From: Podarcis bocagei
Lineage: Eukaryota
NCBI GenBank assembly: GCA_964188305.1
Contig: OZ076897.1
Strand: one strand, 5' to 3'
Length of the DNA: 64,000 nucleotides
Below, piece by piece: positions 1-12,335 of the stretch. The position numbers were made by a program, and so were the translations under genes. Each line of letters begins with the position of its first letter. Within the stretch, counting starts at the first letter, position 1. The notes under the pieces are model-generated. The model searched no databases. It was not told the origin of the DNA and worked only from the letters and a program-made list of their open reading frames with translations.

Positions 1-1131
1 AGACTTTTTCCAGTTATGAGAGGGAAGAGGAAGCTGTTATCCTCCAGAGACATTGTGGGACTCCATCAGTACTAGCCAGCACGGGATGATAGAAGTTGCA
101 GTTCAGTCACATTTGGAGGGCCACAGTATCTCCAGTCCTGAAATTTGAGGAACCCTATTCCTAAATATTTTTTTTGTGTGGAAACTGAGAGCATTACTGA
201 TACTGTTCAAAGAAACAGCCACCTGTTACACTTACTGTAGATGCATAGCAAAAGTGAAATAAAGATTAGCAAGGATTGGGGGTGGAGAGTATTGCAAATG
301 CAGTTCTGGGATCCTTACAGATGACGTCTGATCCCCAGTCTCCATCTAGGGATTGTATTCCTATACATAAAGACTTATGTACAAGTATAGAAAACTCATA
401 TGTGCAATTCAGCTCATGGAAATTGCCTTGGTGAATTCAATCTTAGTCCATTTTTGGACTCTACAGAATACAATATAATAGGCACTTATAGACAAGATTG
501 CTTGCTAATTTTATTTGATATAAGAATTTCAGTTGTTTTTTTAAAATAGTGCTTGGGTGGTATAGCTTCAGCTCATGGATATTTTAACTGTTCGTTTATT
601 TTTCATTTTCATATTATACCTTTTATTTTAATCCATTTTTGTCTGCTATGCTTCTTAGCTTTTCTGGTTTGTAATTTTTTTAAATTTATTTTAACAGTCA
701 CACAACATAGCCCAAGTCAGTTGCCTTCTCCAAGATGCAGACTGAAATACAGAAATAATATTGCCATAAAAATACAGCCATGATCCCAAATAGGTGTATC
801 TTGGTTTAGTATTGTAGTAATAAAAGTTATAACTGAGTCACAGTCACACTTCATCTGTTCCTCATGCCAAGCAATCTTTTGTTTTCCGGCAGTGCTTCTC
901 TTTTATATTTATTATTTAATCAACATTTTATTCACACTTGAAGTCTGATGCTCATCCTGTATAAATGTGAGTGCTAGGTTGAAATTTATCCCAGTAAATC
1001 CATGTGTTTGTTAAACCAAGTATTTGTGTGCCTGCATGTGCTTTGCTTTCAGAACTTTTTATTTGCGTTCTTTATTTTTATTTTATTTGGCTGAGTTTTA
1101 TACATCTATTTTCTCACCTGACATATCCTAG

Positions 1132-1251
1132 GGGGCTTGGAGTAGCCATAATACAGTGAGCCCACCTTCCTGGTCCCCAGACATTTCAGAAGGTCGGGAA
1201 ACTTTTAAGTCCAGACCGCTACCTGGCAGTGCCATATGGAGCATCAAAGTG
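1132..1251 (+). CDS. KMT2C: KMT2C exon (~hs ex15): GAWSSHNTVSPPSWSPDISEGRETFKSRPLPGSAIWSIKV
   Basis: cctag|GGG...GTG|gtaatt; 120 nt, phase 0/0; not in ORF track. Confidence 0.9.
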
Positions 1252-2970
1252 GTAATTAATTTGTATTTATATTCTTGTTATCCTTTGCTATCTCTCTGCT
1301 GTTCTCCATTATAAAAAGATACTAATGAAAACCCTTCTGAAGCATAGCTAAATTAATATGCTACTTAAACCCAGTTTTTAAACAGCTGTATAACTTGCTT
1401 TTTAAAAATCCCTACATTCTCTCTCAGTGCATGCAGAATGAACATTGAGTCAATTTCTAATTCAGCTGTATGCGGTGCTTAACGCCTACAGGGTGTATTC
1501 TGTACACTGTAACTGGGCCATGTTGTATGTTATGAGTTACTGCTATCATCTGGATGGAGTCTGAAATAAAACATAGATGGGAGACCAATGTATATGGTGT
1601 ATGAAACCTCCAGTGGCCAGTGCATACTTTAGAGGTTGCTGTAAAACTAATTTTCTCTGCTCCTCCTGCAGAAGGTCTCACACAAAGGGCTGCAGATTAT
1701 TATTTCCATAGAAAGAGTTTTATGGCAGCTTGCTACTAACATAAAAAGTAAAGGTAGCTGTGTGGCTCCACAAAGTAAAAAATCCATATTAGGACAGTAC
1801 CTTTATTAAGTCAACCGAAATATCGCAAAATAGTATGCAAGGTTCTGAATTTTCCAGAATTCTTCACCAGAATCTAGCCTAACTAAGAATTTTTTAAATC
1901 TCAAAAGCTGAAATACTAAATGTGCCCTGAAAGATTATCAGCATAATATAGATACAGTACAGATAAAATCAATATTTTTATTTTTGCAGTATTTTTGTGA
2001 AGGTTATTGTATTACCTCTTGTTTACTAGGTGCTGCTGCTTTTTGTTGTGCTTCCTGTTTCAAAATAACCTTTAGTTGTATACATTATTAGAAGAGATGA
2101 ACTCTGTATCTAGAGTAACCAGCCTAAGACCTGAGCAAGCTGAAAAGAATTTTTCTTCTCATGAGACTTAGAATTGTTCATTTGTATTCTCATGTTCAGC
2201 ACACCCACATTTGATTGATATGTTTGTATCAGTAATTGTACTATTAATTTAATATTAAGTTTCATGAAAACGTGTCCTTTCTTTCTGTATCATTTACAAA
2301 TTTTATTAGTGATCTAAGCTAATGGTGTGTTGGTACTTTCAGTTGATAACATCCTTCTAGAACTATCTGTGCAGCTAGAGTGAACATTGTTGTGAATTTT
2401 CTCTTAGCAAGCAATAGTTTTACTCCCCCTCCCCATTTTCTCAAGTCATCAATGTCTATTACATACCTTGTGAATAGTGTGTACAGTGTTAGGCATGCCT
2501 TTGATGAGATTGATGGGAAGCTACTCTTACGCCAATGCAGGATATAAGCATAGAGTGGAATCTAGTTGGTGCTTCTTGCACTGCTGTATCAGCAGAGGTG
2601 CCTGCTAATTGGAGAGAAGGAAAAACATTATTTGCCAGGCGACCTTTCAGGACAGATTATTGGGTAGCAAAAACTTCCTCTCCTCCTCTTCTGCTAGCAA
2701 ATGACTCCCACTAAATCAAAAACCCCACCTGGATCAAAATTCATAATAAGATACTTGACAAAGGTTCATAGGCCGCAACCCTCACTATATGCTGTGTATC
2801 AAGATCTCTTCATATCTGCAAGCCCTGCTGTGGGACATGCTCATGTGAAAAATCCTGTTGTGTTGCAAAATACAAAATCCTGTTGTATTCTAACAAAGTC
2901 TGCTTTATAAGGAACATTTCTATGAAGCATTGCTTAGTTCCATCTAAATGTTTTAATTTGCTTTAAATAG

Positions 2971-3087
2971 GGTCGTGGCTCAGGGTTTCCTGGGAAGCGG
3001 AGACCACGTGGTGCAGGCCTTTCTGGAAGAGGTGGACGGGGGAGATCAAAACTTAAAAATGGAATTGGATCTTTTCTTTCTCCAGGG
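2971..3087 (+). CDS. KMT2C: KMT2C exon (~ex16): GRGSGFPGKRRPRG...SPG
   Basis: atag|GGT...GGG|gtaaga; 117 nt. Confidence 0.95.
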
Positions 3088-3204
3088 GTAAGAATCTCTA
3101 GCATATTATTTGAGCAGGCAGAAGTCTTGATTCGTGTCTCTGCTCACAATGATCTGCTTTTACTGCCAGAAAACTGTTAAGTTTTTGTTTTCTTTTATTT
3201 GTAG

Positions 3205-3306
3205 GTCACAGATATGGACATTTCATCTAACAAAGACGAGGAAGAAAACTCAATGCACAATACTGTTGTTCTGTTTTCTAGCAGTGACAAGTTTACTTTG
3301 CATCAG
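3205..3306 (+). CDS. KMT2C: KMT2C exon (~ex17): VTDMDISSNKDEEENSMHNTVVLFSSSDKFTLHQ
   Basis: gtag|GTC...CAG|gttg; 102 nt. Confidence 0.95.
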
Positions 3307-4105
3307 GTTGCAATATTAATTCATATTTTATTGTTTTCTAATGTCATTGGCTATTTCCCAATTTCTAAGCCTCAGATGAAAAGTGTAGGCAATATTTAAT
3401 GGTATTGTTTATTCTAGCTGTCCACTTCTGGTGACATCCAACCTCTTCCTAGCAAGACATTTGACAATAGTTAATTTATCCATAGGTGTTTAATCTAGAT
3501 AATTTATAACATTACTTGGTGAACCATAAAACAAGTAATAAGCCTGTTAGTGTTTTGTTAAATTTAGGGATTAACTATTCTGTATATGGGCTACTATAGT
3601 AGAGAAAACAGAATACCATTTGTTGGGAGGCTGCAGTTATTGCATTGTGTGGCTACTGTCCTCTTAAGTTTTGAGGGTAGGTAATAGCATTGCTTCATCA
3701 CTTGTTATTACACTGGCTGCTATGTAGCTTCTGGCCATAATTCTAGTGGTCTTTAAAGCTAGAGGTGAGTTAGATCTAAAGCTGAGCTGATATTTTTGGT
3801 CCATCTCTCTTTGGACATTTGCAATGAGCTTCTAATATATTTTGGAAATTCTTGTAGATTTTTAAAATTGTTTTAAGACTTTAACTACCTGTCATTACAA
3901 AAATGTTCAAGATAGTTTTACTAGTATTACTAATTTTTGCTGTATACATGGGGTATATTAATGATAATAATGAGAAGACTGTATACACCTGAAATTTTGA
4001 AAGAGAACAAAGTTTGCTAAAAATGGATTAAAGTTGTATATTTCTTCCATGTTTTAATTACCTAGTACTAGTTGTTTACCTGAAAATGTTTCTTTGATAT
4101 TCTAG

Positions 4106-4210
4106 GATATGTGTGTAGTTTGTGGGAGTTTTGGCCAAGGTGCAGAAGGACGATTGCTTGCCTGCTCTCAGTGTGGTCAGTGTTACCATCCATACTGTGT
4201 CAGTATTAAG
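4106..4210 (+). CDS. KMT2C: KMT2C exon (~ex18), PHD4: DMCVVCGSFG...CVSIK
   Basis: tctag|GAT...AAG|gtgagc; 105 nt. Confidence 0.96.
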
Positions 4211-4933
4211 GTGAGCACTTTGAAATTATTGTCAGCATATTGTCCCTGCATACACTGCATTGATTCCAGTTTTTACATTATTAAGGAGTATTTTAGCTTG
4301 TAAAATATTCCTCTGGAAATGTGACCATTATTTGTATGCAACTGACAAAGCACTTTAATTAAATGACATTTTATAAATGCAAGAGAAGTTAACCTTTGTG
4401 TAATTTTTCAGCTATAAATAGCACCGTTTATCTTGCAGATGGTTAAAAGAAAGTATTGAGATAAGAGCTCAGTATTGAGCTAGATATAACCTAAATATTA
4501 AGATATGAAGCAGTATAGTGTGTTTTGTTTTGTTTAAGGCTGGTTTCCTAAAAAAATATAGTTCATTTTCATTTATGACCGCAGTAAGATTTGGTTAATT
4601 CACTTTGTCTGCTGGCTATCAGAATTTTCAGAAACTGGAGTAGTTAATTTCTTACATTCATTAAGCTAGGAGAGAATGTGCAAAAAGTTAAATTTGGATA
4701 GTTATGGGAAGACATGCACAGATAATAAGCTATTTGCTTTAGCATATAAATAATGAATCGTCTTTTAAGTGCAGTTATTTAAAAAGGGAATATTCTTTTA
4801 ATGTATTAAATCACATGCACTTTTATGAAAGGGTTGTACTGAAGCTATAACATACTCTAGACAGCTTTTGTTCTCACAGAATGATTAGTGTAGTAGAGGG
4901 GGTAAACTTTTGAACACTCCATAAAAGTAGCCA

Positions 4934-5268
4934 CAGTGGTGCCCCGCAAGACGAATGCCTCGCAAGACGAAAAACCCGCTAGACGAAAGGGTTTTCCGTT
5001 TTTCGATGCGCTTCGCAAGACGAATTTCCCTATGGGCTTGCTTCGCAAGACGAAAACGTCTTGCGAGTCTTGCGATTTTTTTCGCTCCCCCCTTTTTCTA
5101 AGCCGCTAAGCCGCTAATAGCCTTTTAGCCGCTAAGCCTTTAATAGCCGCTAAACCGCTAATAGCGCTAATCCGCTAAGCCGCTAATAGGGTTGCTTCGC
5201 AAGACGAAAAAACCGCTAGACGAAGAGACTCGCGGAACGGATTATTTTCGTCTTGCGAGGCACCACTG
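4934..5268. mobile_element. Tc1/mariner (Tigger/pogo-like) MITE, family A copy 1
   Basis: TIR CAGTGGTGCCYCGCAAGACGAA; internal GCAAGACGAA and AGCCGCTA repeats; CA on both flanks. Confidence 0.85.
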
Positions 5269-6453
5269 CATTTTAATCCTCATGAATTGCTTTGAAGAAA
5301 ATTTAGGTTGATTACTCCAACAGACAACACCACTGTGTTGTCGTACACTAGTGAATGAAAAAAGAAAGACATTCAGGAATGGTAGAGCTGGTTCACACAT
5401 TACACTCTTAATGATCACAGCAAAACCAACACTGATTTGATTGCTTAAAATCCTGAACCTACAAACACCTTTCCTTACCAGTGTTTGCCTGCCCCTTGAC
5501 TTTTCCTGTACTCTTGTGAAGGAGACAGTTCCAGCCCTCTCATACTTAGCATGTCAGGAGCAGCTCTCTTTTGTTTTCTCCTGCCCTCCCCCAAGAAAGA
5601 TGGAAGTTTCAACTGTCTAAGAAAGAACTATCTAGCCAGTACCAACTTCTTACCTCTTGCAAGGAATTGCTCCTTTTGAGAGTGTGCGACATAACTGGAG
5701 CACACTCGCTCTTTTCACAGAGCATGAACACTTCATATTTCCCCAACCATCTCTGCTAGTGGGAGAGAATCTCTAGGGTTCTAAATAAGCAGTGTGAGGT
5801 TGGTATTCATATGATCACTTTGCAACAGAGTGATATGTAAACTGGCTTTTGCACTGTGACATATGGTGGTAAAGACTGATTCAGAGGTTTGGAACATTGT
5901 GCCTTGCTTCTGTCAAGTACTATGATGGACCTTTTTGAAAAACTTCTTTTTTCAAGTTTTGATGTATGTTTCTTAACGATAGCCATATTTAAAATTAGGA
6001 AAGTAATATTTGGCACTATTGTATTTTTGTTTAAATGCCATAATGGGGAGGAGATGCCAAATAGATTTGTAAATCAAGAGCAAACTGTATTTCTCCAGAT
6101 TTTGGAACTATGTTGTCTTTTAATTTCAGTAAATGTGAATCTTGATTTTGATATTTGCAATAACTGAGAGTACGTTGAATCCTTACACTTGGGCAATTTT
6201 ATTTTTTAAAAAATCTAAAACAAATTTTCATCCATAATCTTGGAGAGCACAATGTACATTGCTATTGAATGCAAGGATATTTTTGACTTCTCAAAAAACG
6301 AGGACTTCCCTCTAAAACAAAAAGGAGAGCATAAACATTACAAAAATACTATTTCCAAATGATAGAAGCAAATTTATTGAGAATATAAGCCTGTAAATCA
6401 ACTGAGGTTGTATGGCTTCCATAAATAATTACCTGCTGTCTTCCACTATGCAG

Positions 6454-6635
6454 ATAACAAAAGTGGTGCTCCACAAAGGTTGGAGATGTCTGGAATGCAC
6501 TGTGTGTGAAGCCTGTGGGAAGGCTACAGATCCAGGAAGACTGCTCCTTTGCGATGATTGTGATATCAGCTATCACACTTACTGCCTAGATCCGCCACTG
6601 CAGACAGTTCCTAAAGGAGGGTGGAAATGCAAATG
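6454..6635 (+). CDS. KMT2C: KMT2C exon (~ex19), PHD4/5: [15 protein letters not shown]...GWKCK
   Basis: gcag|ATA...TG|gtatgt; 182 nt. Confidence 0.95.
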
Positions 6636-6860
6636 GTATGTGTAACTTCGTTCCCCCCCCCCCACTTTTAATGTTTTCTTTTAATCTGACTATATTTTCT
6701 TTTAATTAATATAATACGGCAAGGCTGGTTTGGAAAATTACATTTTGCTGTAATTTAAAGATAATACAATTTTAAGGTGAAAATAGGTATTTTAATAAAG
6801 TTAGGCAGTGAATCTTGCCATGAGCCCATGTTAAGAAAGATATTGTTTTGTGTTTTACAG

Positions 6861-7025
6861 GTGTGTTTGGTGCAGACATTGTGGTGCTACGTCTCCTGGT
6901 CTTAGATGTGAATGGCAAAATAATTACACACAGTGTGCTCCCTGTGCAAGTTTATCTACCTGCCCAGTCTGCTGTTGCAATTACAGAGAAGAAGAGCTTA
7001 TTCTGCAATGCAGACAGTGTGACAG
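6861..7025 (+). CDS. KMT2C: KMT2C exon (~ex20), PHD5/6: CVWCRHCG...CRQCDR
   Basis: tacag|G...AG|gtcaga; 165 nt. Confidence 0.95.
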
Positions 7026-7403
7026 GTCAGAGTTTCTGCTACACAGTGAATTATATATTTTCATATGTCAATAATTTGCTCATAGTGTCATGTGGACTGA
7101 AGATTGTTTTAATTTATCATATGGAATTTACTTTCTCTCCCTTATCAGAGTCACTTTCCAATAAGAGAAAGCCTCTTTCAAAGAAAAAGCTGTAGCTAAT
7201 ATCAGAAAGAAGAAAACCACCATGGTTGTTTTTTTTAAAGAAAGTTATCTCTTCATCCTGAGTTGATAAATGGCACTCTTGAGTTGGTTCATACATCACG
7301 TTATACTATAGTTTAAAACCAAGTATATTTGAATGTGGACATGCAACTCGCTGGTGTCCAGTGATTAAACATTCTTGGAAACAAGCCATAGTCTGGTTCA
7401 TCA

Positions 7404-7549
7404 CAGTGGCGTAGAGTGGGGGGTGCAGGGGGGCCGGCCGCACCGGGCACAACATCTGGGGGTTAGGGTTAGGGGGCGCAAATCCACGGGTTAGGGGGCG
7501 CAAATTACTTGCCTTGCCCCGGGTGCTGACAACCCACGCTACGCCACTG
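7404..7549. mobile_element. hAT MITE containing TTAGGG, copy 1
   Basis: 17-bp TIR CAGTGGCGTAG(A/C)GTGGG; perfect 8-bp TSD GTTCATCA (7396-7403, 7550-7557). Confidence 0.92.
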
Positions 7550-8159
7550 GTTCATCATAATGTCTGAACCCAGGCTCATGATTTGTTTTTGTCCAAAAAA
7601 CCATGGATAGCAATCAAGGTTTGTTCTTGGCTTACTGCTCATGGTTGGTTTGAGGGAAACCACAAGCCTGGCTTGTTACATTGCAGCACGGCAGCAGTAG
7701 GAGCAGGAGTGGAGCAGAGAGTGAGAAATGTTGGGCAGCATGCACCAGCACGATGTTTGTTCATAGTTTGTTTTTAACTGTGATGTAATACGACATTCAA
7801 GCCAGGCCTCTGATGCAACATTTAGAGGTGCAAGTTGCTTCTGTATTGCAAAGAGCACTCCCAAAGTACAGCCTGTTGCTTGGGGAGAGTATAATCCCGT
7901 CTAGCAGAGAGTGAACACTGCTCCCCTGGGTGGACAAACCATCTACCCAAAGTACTCCTGTCTTATCTGACCATTTTAACAACTATCTTCTGGGACTAAA
8001 GCAGACTTCCTCTGGGGTCTTCATATCATGCCTCTTTACAGGGAAACTTTTAAAGCAGTAGACGTGCTCTGTGCTTCTTTCAATCTAAAGAGAGTCTGAA
8101 TGGTGTTTTGGCATAAAATGGTATACGTTTCATTTTCTCCTTTTTAACTTAACTTCCAG

Positions 8160-8269
8160 ATGGATGCACACAATCTGTCAAAACTTAAACACAGACGAGG
8201 AAGTTGAAAGCACGGCTGACAGTGGCTTTGACTGTACCATGTGTCAGCCATACATACCACCAGCAAATG
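8160..8269 (+). CDS. KMT2C: KMT2C exon (~ex21), PHD6: WMHTICQNLNT...PPAN
   Basis: ccag|A...G|gtaagg; 110 nt. Confidence 0.95.
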
Positions 8270-8729
8270 GTAAGGAATTTCTTAATTGGGTATCTAGCAG
8301 CGTAGCACTAGCTTTGGAAACAACTTCTTTTGGTCTTTCTCCTGATTGGCAGATGCTGAATTGATTTCAGAGGCAGTACTTGAGGGAAATAATTTCTTTT
8401 GTCTTGCTTTTAGCACTGCAAGATTATTAATGAGGAAAAAAACAATTTAGAGTAGAAAGCTGGGTAAATCTCTTCCCAGAGGATTTGTAAGTCTGCTTAA
8501 AATTATAATAGCAGCAAGAGTGTGCCCACAAGTGAGAGAAAGACTGCACTCGGAGCACCATGATTTTGAACAGATGAAATTCATTATTTAACAATAACAT
8601 TATCTTGAATACTTTGCTCTCAGTGTCAGATAGACTTCTCTTACCTCAAGATTCTCAGGATTATTTTTTTCATAAGTTGCATTAATAGCAGCAGACATGT
8701 AAAAATATGTGTTGTTTTTTACTCTAAGT

Positions 8730-9580
8730 CAGTGGTTCTCAATTAGCTAATTACTGAGGACCACCTATTTTTTCAAAAGCCAAGCCTCTACTTTTGAAAA
8801 TTTTGATAAGTCTATGGTAGTTACTCTCCAAAGCAATTTTTTGAACAAAATGTGGGGTAGCCCCTAATAAGCAAAGGATTTTAGGTATACTAAAAACACA
8901 CCAGGGCTGAGTGATATCTGGTTTTCAACATTGTGATACATCAACAGATAAACATCACAATATTCTGATATATCACAATGTCTGAAATTGGAAATCAGGC
9001 ATGGGGGTGAGGGAAGGAACAGTCATGGCAATCAAACAAGGTGTGACAATGAGGGAAGGCGTAGCTGTGGAGATCGTATATGTGGGGGGAGTTGAAGAAG
9101 CGGAGTCACCTCTACTTCGTGGTTTGAGTGAGAGGGGATAGGGATGGGGGGGTGCATGAAGTCGCTGTCAGTGGAGCAGCCAGCGAAGATGCACATCTAC
9201 TGTGGCTTCTTTCCTGCTGACTGAGAAAAGCTGCTCTGCCTCAGTGCCTTGATGTGAGGGTAATCAGCTGCCCTGCTCTCCGTCAGCATGAGCGAAAGGC
9301 AGCACCTTGCAATCAGCTGCCCTGCTTTCCTTCGCATGAGGAGCAATATATGGCTGTGTATTGCCGGGTCAAAATCATTATTGAGGTGTGATTTCAAAAC
9401 CAATTTTGGCCAATATCTTGGAAAACCGCGCAGCGCTAAAACAGACCATAAAATTTGTGATTTTACCATGCAAAAATGACAAAATTTTAGCTGGGGGGAA
9501 GCAAGGGATGGGGCCGTGGACTCCCTGGATGTGTTCCATGGACCGCCAGGGGTCCCTGGACCCCTAATTGGGAACCACTG
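8730..9580. mobile_element. Non-autonomous hAT (Charlie-like) element with a second hAT nested at 8902-9438
   Basis: TIR CAGTGGTTCYCAATTAG; TSD CTCTAAGT/CTCTAAGC; inner element TSD AAACACAC/AAACAGAC. Confidence 0.75.
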
Positions 9581-10269
9581 CTCTAAGCAATGATGATGGC
9601 AGTCAGAGTTACTGTACCATCTCTCCCTGTCAAATCTCAACTCTTTTCCTAGCTGGCAGCCACATAGACCAATTTGAATAAATTTACCTGATCCAGGCCG
9701 TATATAATAAATTCTCAAGGTGATTGCCTCTCTCCTACCTCTCACTAAGCTGCCAATGCCAGACAGGCTTTTGACATAATAACAATATAAGGCCATGACC
9801 TTTGACAGTCAAAGAGGACACAGAATATCCCCCCCCCCAAATAAAACACACAGAGAAAACCTTCTAGGCAAACAAACATATATACCGCATTTCTCTACAT
9901 CATATCAAACACATGGATAGCTATTCCTATCAATAGTTTTTATTAACAATATCCTGTAATAACTTCCAGTTTTTCATTCTTTCTTAATACCAGAAACACA
10001 TTTCCAAATTTTTCTCTTTTCTCACACTCATCCTTTTTTATATATATAAAGGCATTGTCACAAGATTTATCCTCAGTTCAATCATTATTGTTCCATATAT
10101 TATGGAAGCTAAGGCGCTATCCACAAATGAAGCATAACTGCTACTCTGACTTCATTTCTCTTTCTTTCTTTTCTGTCATATCACGTTCAAAGGTGACCAG
10201 TTTCTTGTTGCTTCCCACCATTAAGGAATTCCAAATGGCAAAATTAATCACATTTCACATTAAACCATG

Positions 10270-10590
10270 GTTTATATCAGATTGCATCCAATTTTTCTTA
10301 CTATATTTGATAAAGGAAATGACATTCATCATAAATTTACCTTGTTATTGTCTCCCCCACTTTGGGTCTGATGTATCATATTAATTCAGCCATTGAAGCA
10401 AACTTCCATATTTTACCAATCCATTCTTCAATAGGTGGTGTCATTGATAATCTCCACTCTCACCTTCCTGCATATAAAATTCCAGCAGCTATAAAATTCT
10501 AGTGGTGGTTACTGTATTAGAAACCATGCAGTAAATTCTTTTTGATCTTACTTCACTGTGTCTTCCACATAATGCAGAAAAAGGGTAAAA
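10270..10590 (-). mobile_element. Degenerate L1-type ORF2 C-terminal fragment
   Basis: minus-strand translation EWRLSMTPPIEEWIGKIWKFASMAEL. Confidence 0.5.
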
Positions 10591-12335
10591 ACAACAACAC
10601 TGGGTCTAAAAGAATTTCATATCCTGAAACCCTTCTTAGTGGGCTGCTAATGGTTTTCCAATAACCTTTTGATACATGGAAGGTTTTGGGAAATGACTGT
10701 GATAGCAGAATGGCAGACTTCCATCTATTTCAAAGGGTCTTGCACCAGAGTCCTTCATGGAGGTTGACCACTTGGCAGATTGTGTCATTGATCTTTAAAC
10801 TAACTTATGTTTCTTGTTTTCTTCATATGTTAATCTGACAGCTGCCACATCCAAATCACTGTCTGCCCATACTATTTCTTGCTAGTTAATTCTGAAATTA
10901 TCATGCTTTGTCTTAATTAGCTATTTCTAAGTCAAATGGGACTGCTGCCTCTCTGGCTTCCCAAATGTGCTTCTGCCTTTCCACCCCCCTGTCTCTCAAA
11001 TTATCCAGGCTTTAACCTCTATGGAATGTTGTTTCCCACACCATTAAAAAATAAACTTGTTCAGGTTTACATCAAATTAGATTTTCATTTTATTTTAAAG
11101 GCATTATTTACATTTTTTTAAAATTAATTGATACCTGCCTAGATTTTTCAAGATGGAGCAGGCTGTGCATACAAAGAAATAAAATAAATGAATGCTATTG
11201 TTGAAAGGGACAAATGGTACATTGCGCTTTCTCTCACAACCCAGAGAAAGGCTTGATTTAAGGGAGCAATCTTAAAGCCAGCCAAAGGCCAACTGAGGGT
11301 CCTTTGGAAGTTGAGTAAGTGCCACTCTACCAGCAGAGAGGAAGACCTACCAGAGAGTAAGCAGTCATCTGGTATATCAGTAAGAAATTGTGTGCATAGG
11401 TGCCTTGGCAGAGTGTTCTGGTGCTGTGGGTAAAAACAGGTCATAAAAAAAATAACTTGCAGGTATGCATGAATGGAATTAGGCTGTAAGCTTTACTGCT
11501 TTCAATGAGAGCTGTTATGGAATTAATGTTCTTTAGATTGTGCCTAGTGCTTCCAGAAATATAAGCATTTCTTCAACACACTATTAGCACATAGTTGTTT
11601 TTAATTTGTATATTCAGCCTTCCACTGTATTCCTGGTAACAGTGAATGTCAACTGAAATTTGTTAGCCTAAAAAAATTCAATTGTTCAAAAATTTAATAA
11701 TGCTCTTCTGACATGCCTGAGCACAAGAGACTTGCAGAAGATTACAAATGATACCAACATCAAAAACTATAGTTATAGAAGATTATATATTTTAATACAA
11801 GCAACATCATCATCATTATGCATTTCATTTCTATACCGCTTTATATTTTTAAGGAAAAAAATCTTAAAGCGGTTTACAGTACATTAAAACATCAAATAAA
11901 GCAATCTATAATAAAATGTTACTGATGAAAGTCATTTATAGGGTACACAGCCAAAGCAATATTAATAACAGGAAACTACAGTATTATCTTAAAATATTTC
12001 AAAATAAAACATTACTAAAGGAAGTCCAATATAAAATGCACATTTAAAGTAGCATAGTTTACAAGAGAATAAAATACTATTATGAACATAGAACATATCT
12101 AGTGTTGTTGTTGCCAGTCCTGCCAATAGTGGTTGATGGCAGGTGGTGGCAGCTGTGGAAGCTCAGACTTGATGACCTGGGTCTGCACTGAGACAGACCA
12201 GATGATATCCGGCTTCTTCAGCAGCCTCAGCTTTTGTAGCTGGAGTCAATAAGGGCATTGCCATGTGGAAAAGGCCTGCAAGGCAGGGAGCAGGTCTTCC
12301 AGGACTCACAGCCAATTTCAATTTTTATCTTTCAG

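Noticed and set aside
4934-5268. Repeated GCAAGACGAA motifs with spacers, superficially CRISPR-like
   Set aside because: Repeats are ~10 bp, irregularly spaced, bounded by TIRs, in a vertebrate intron with no cas genes; this is a MITE
7458-7498. TTAGGG as a relic of telomere fusion
   Set aside because: Only three hexamers, inside a TSD-flanked transposon with a second copy in the window
9197-9796. 199-aa minus-strand ORF
   Set aside because: Crosses nested TE boundaries and has no recognisable domain
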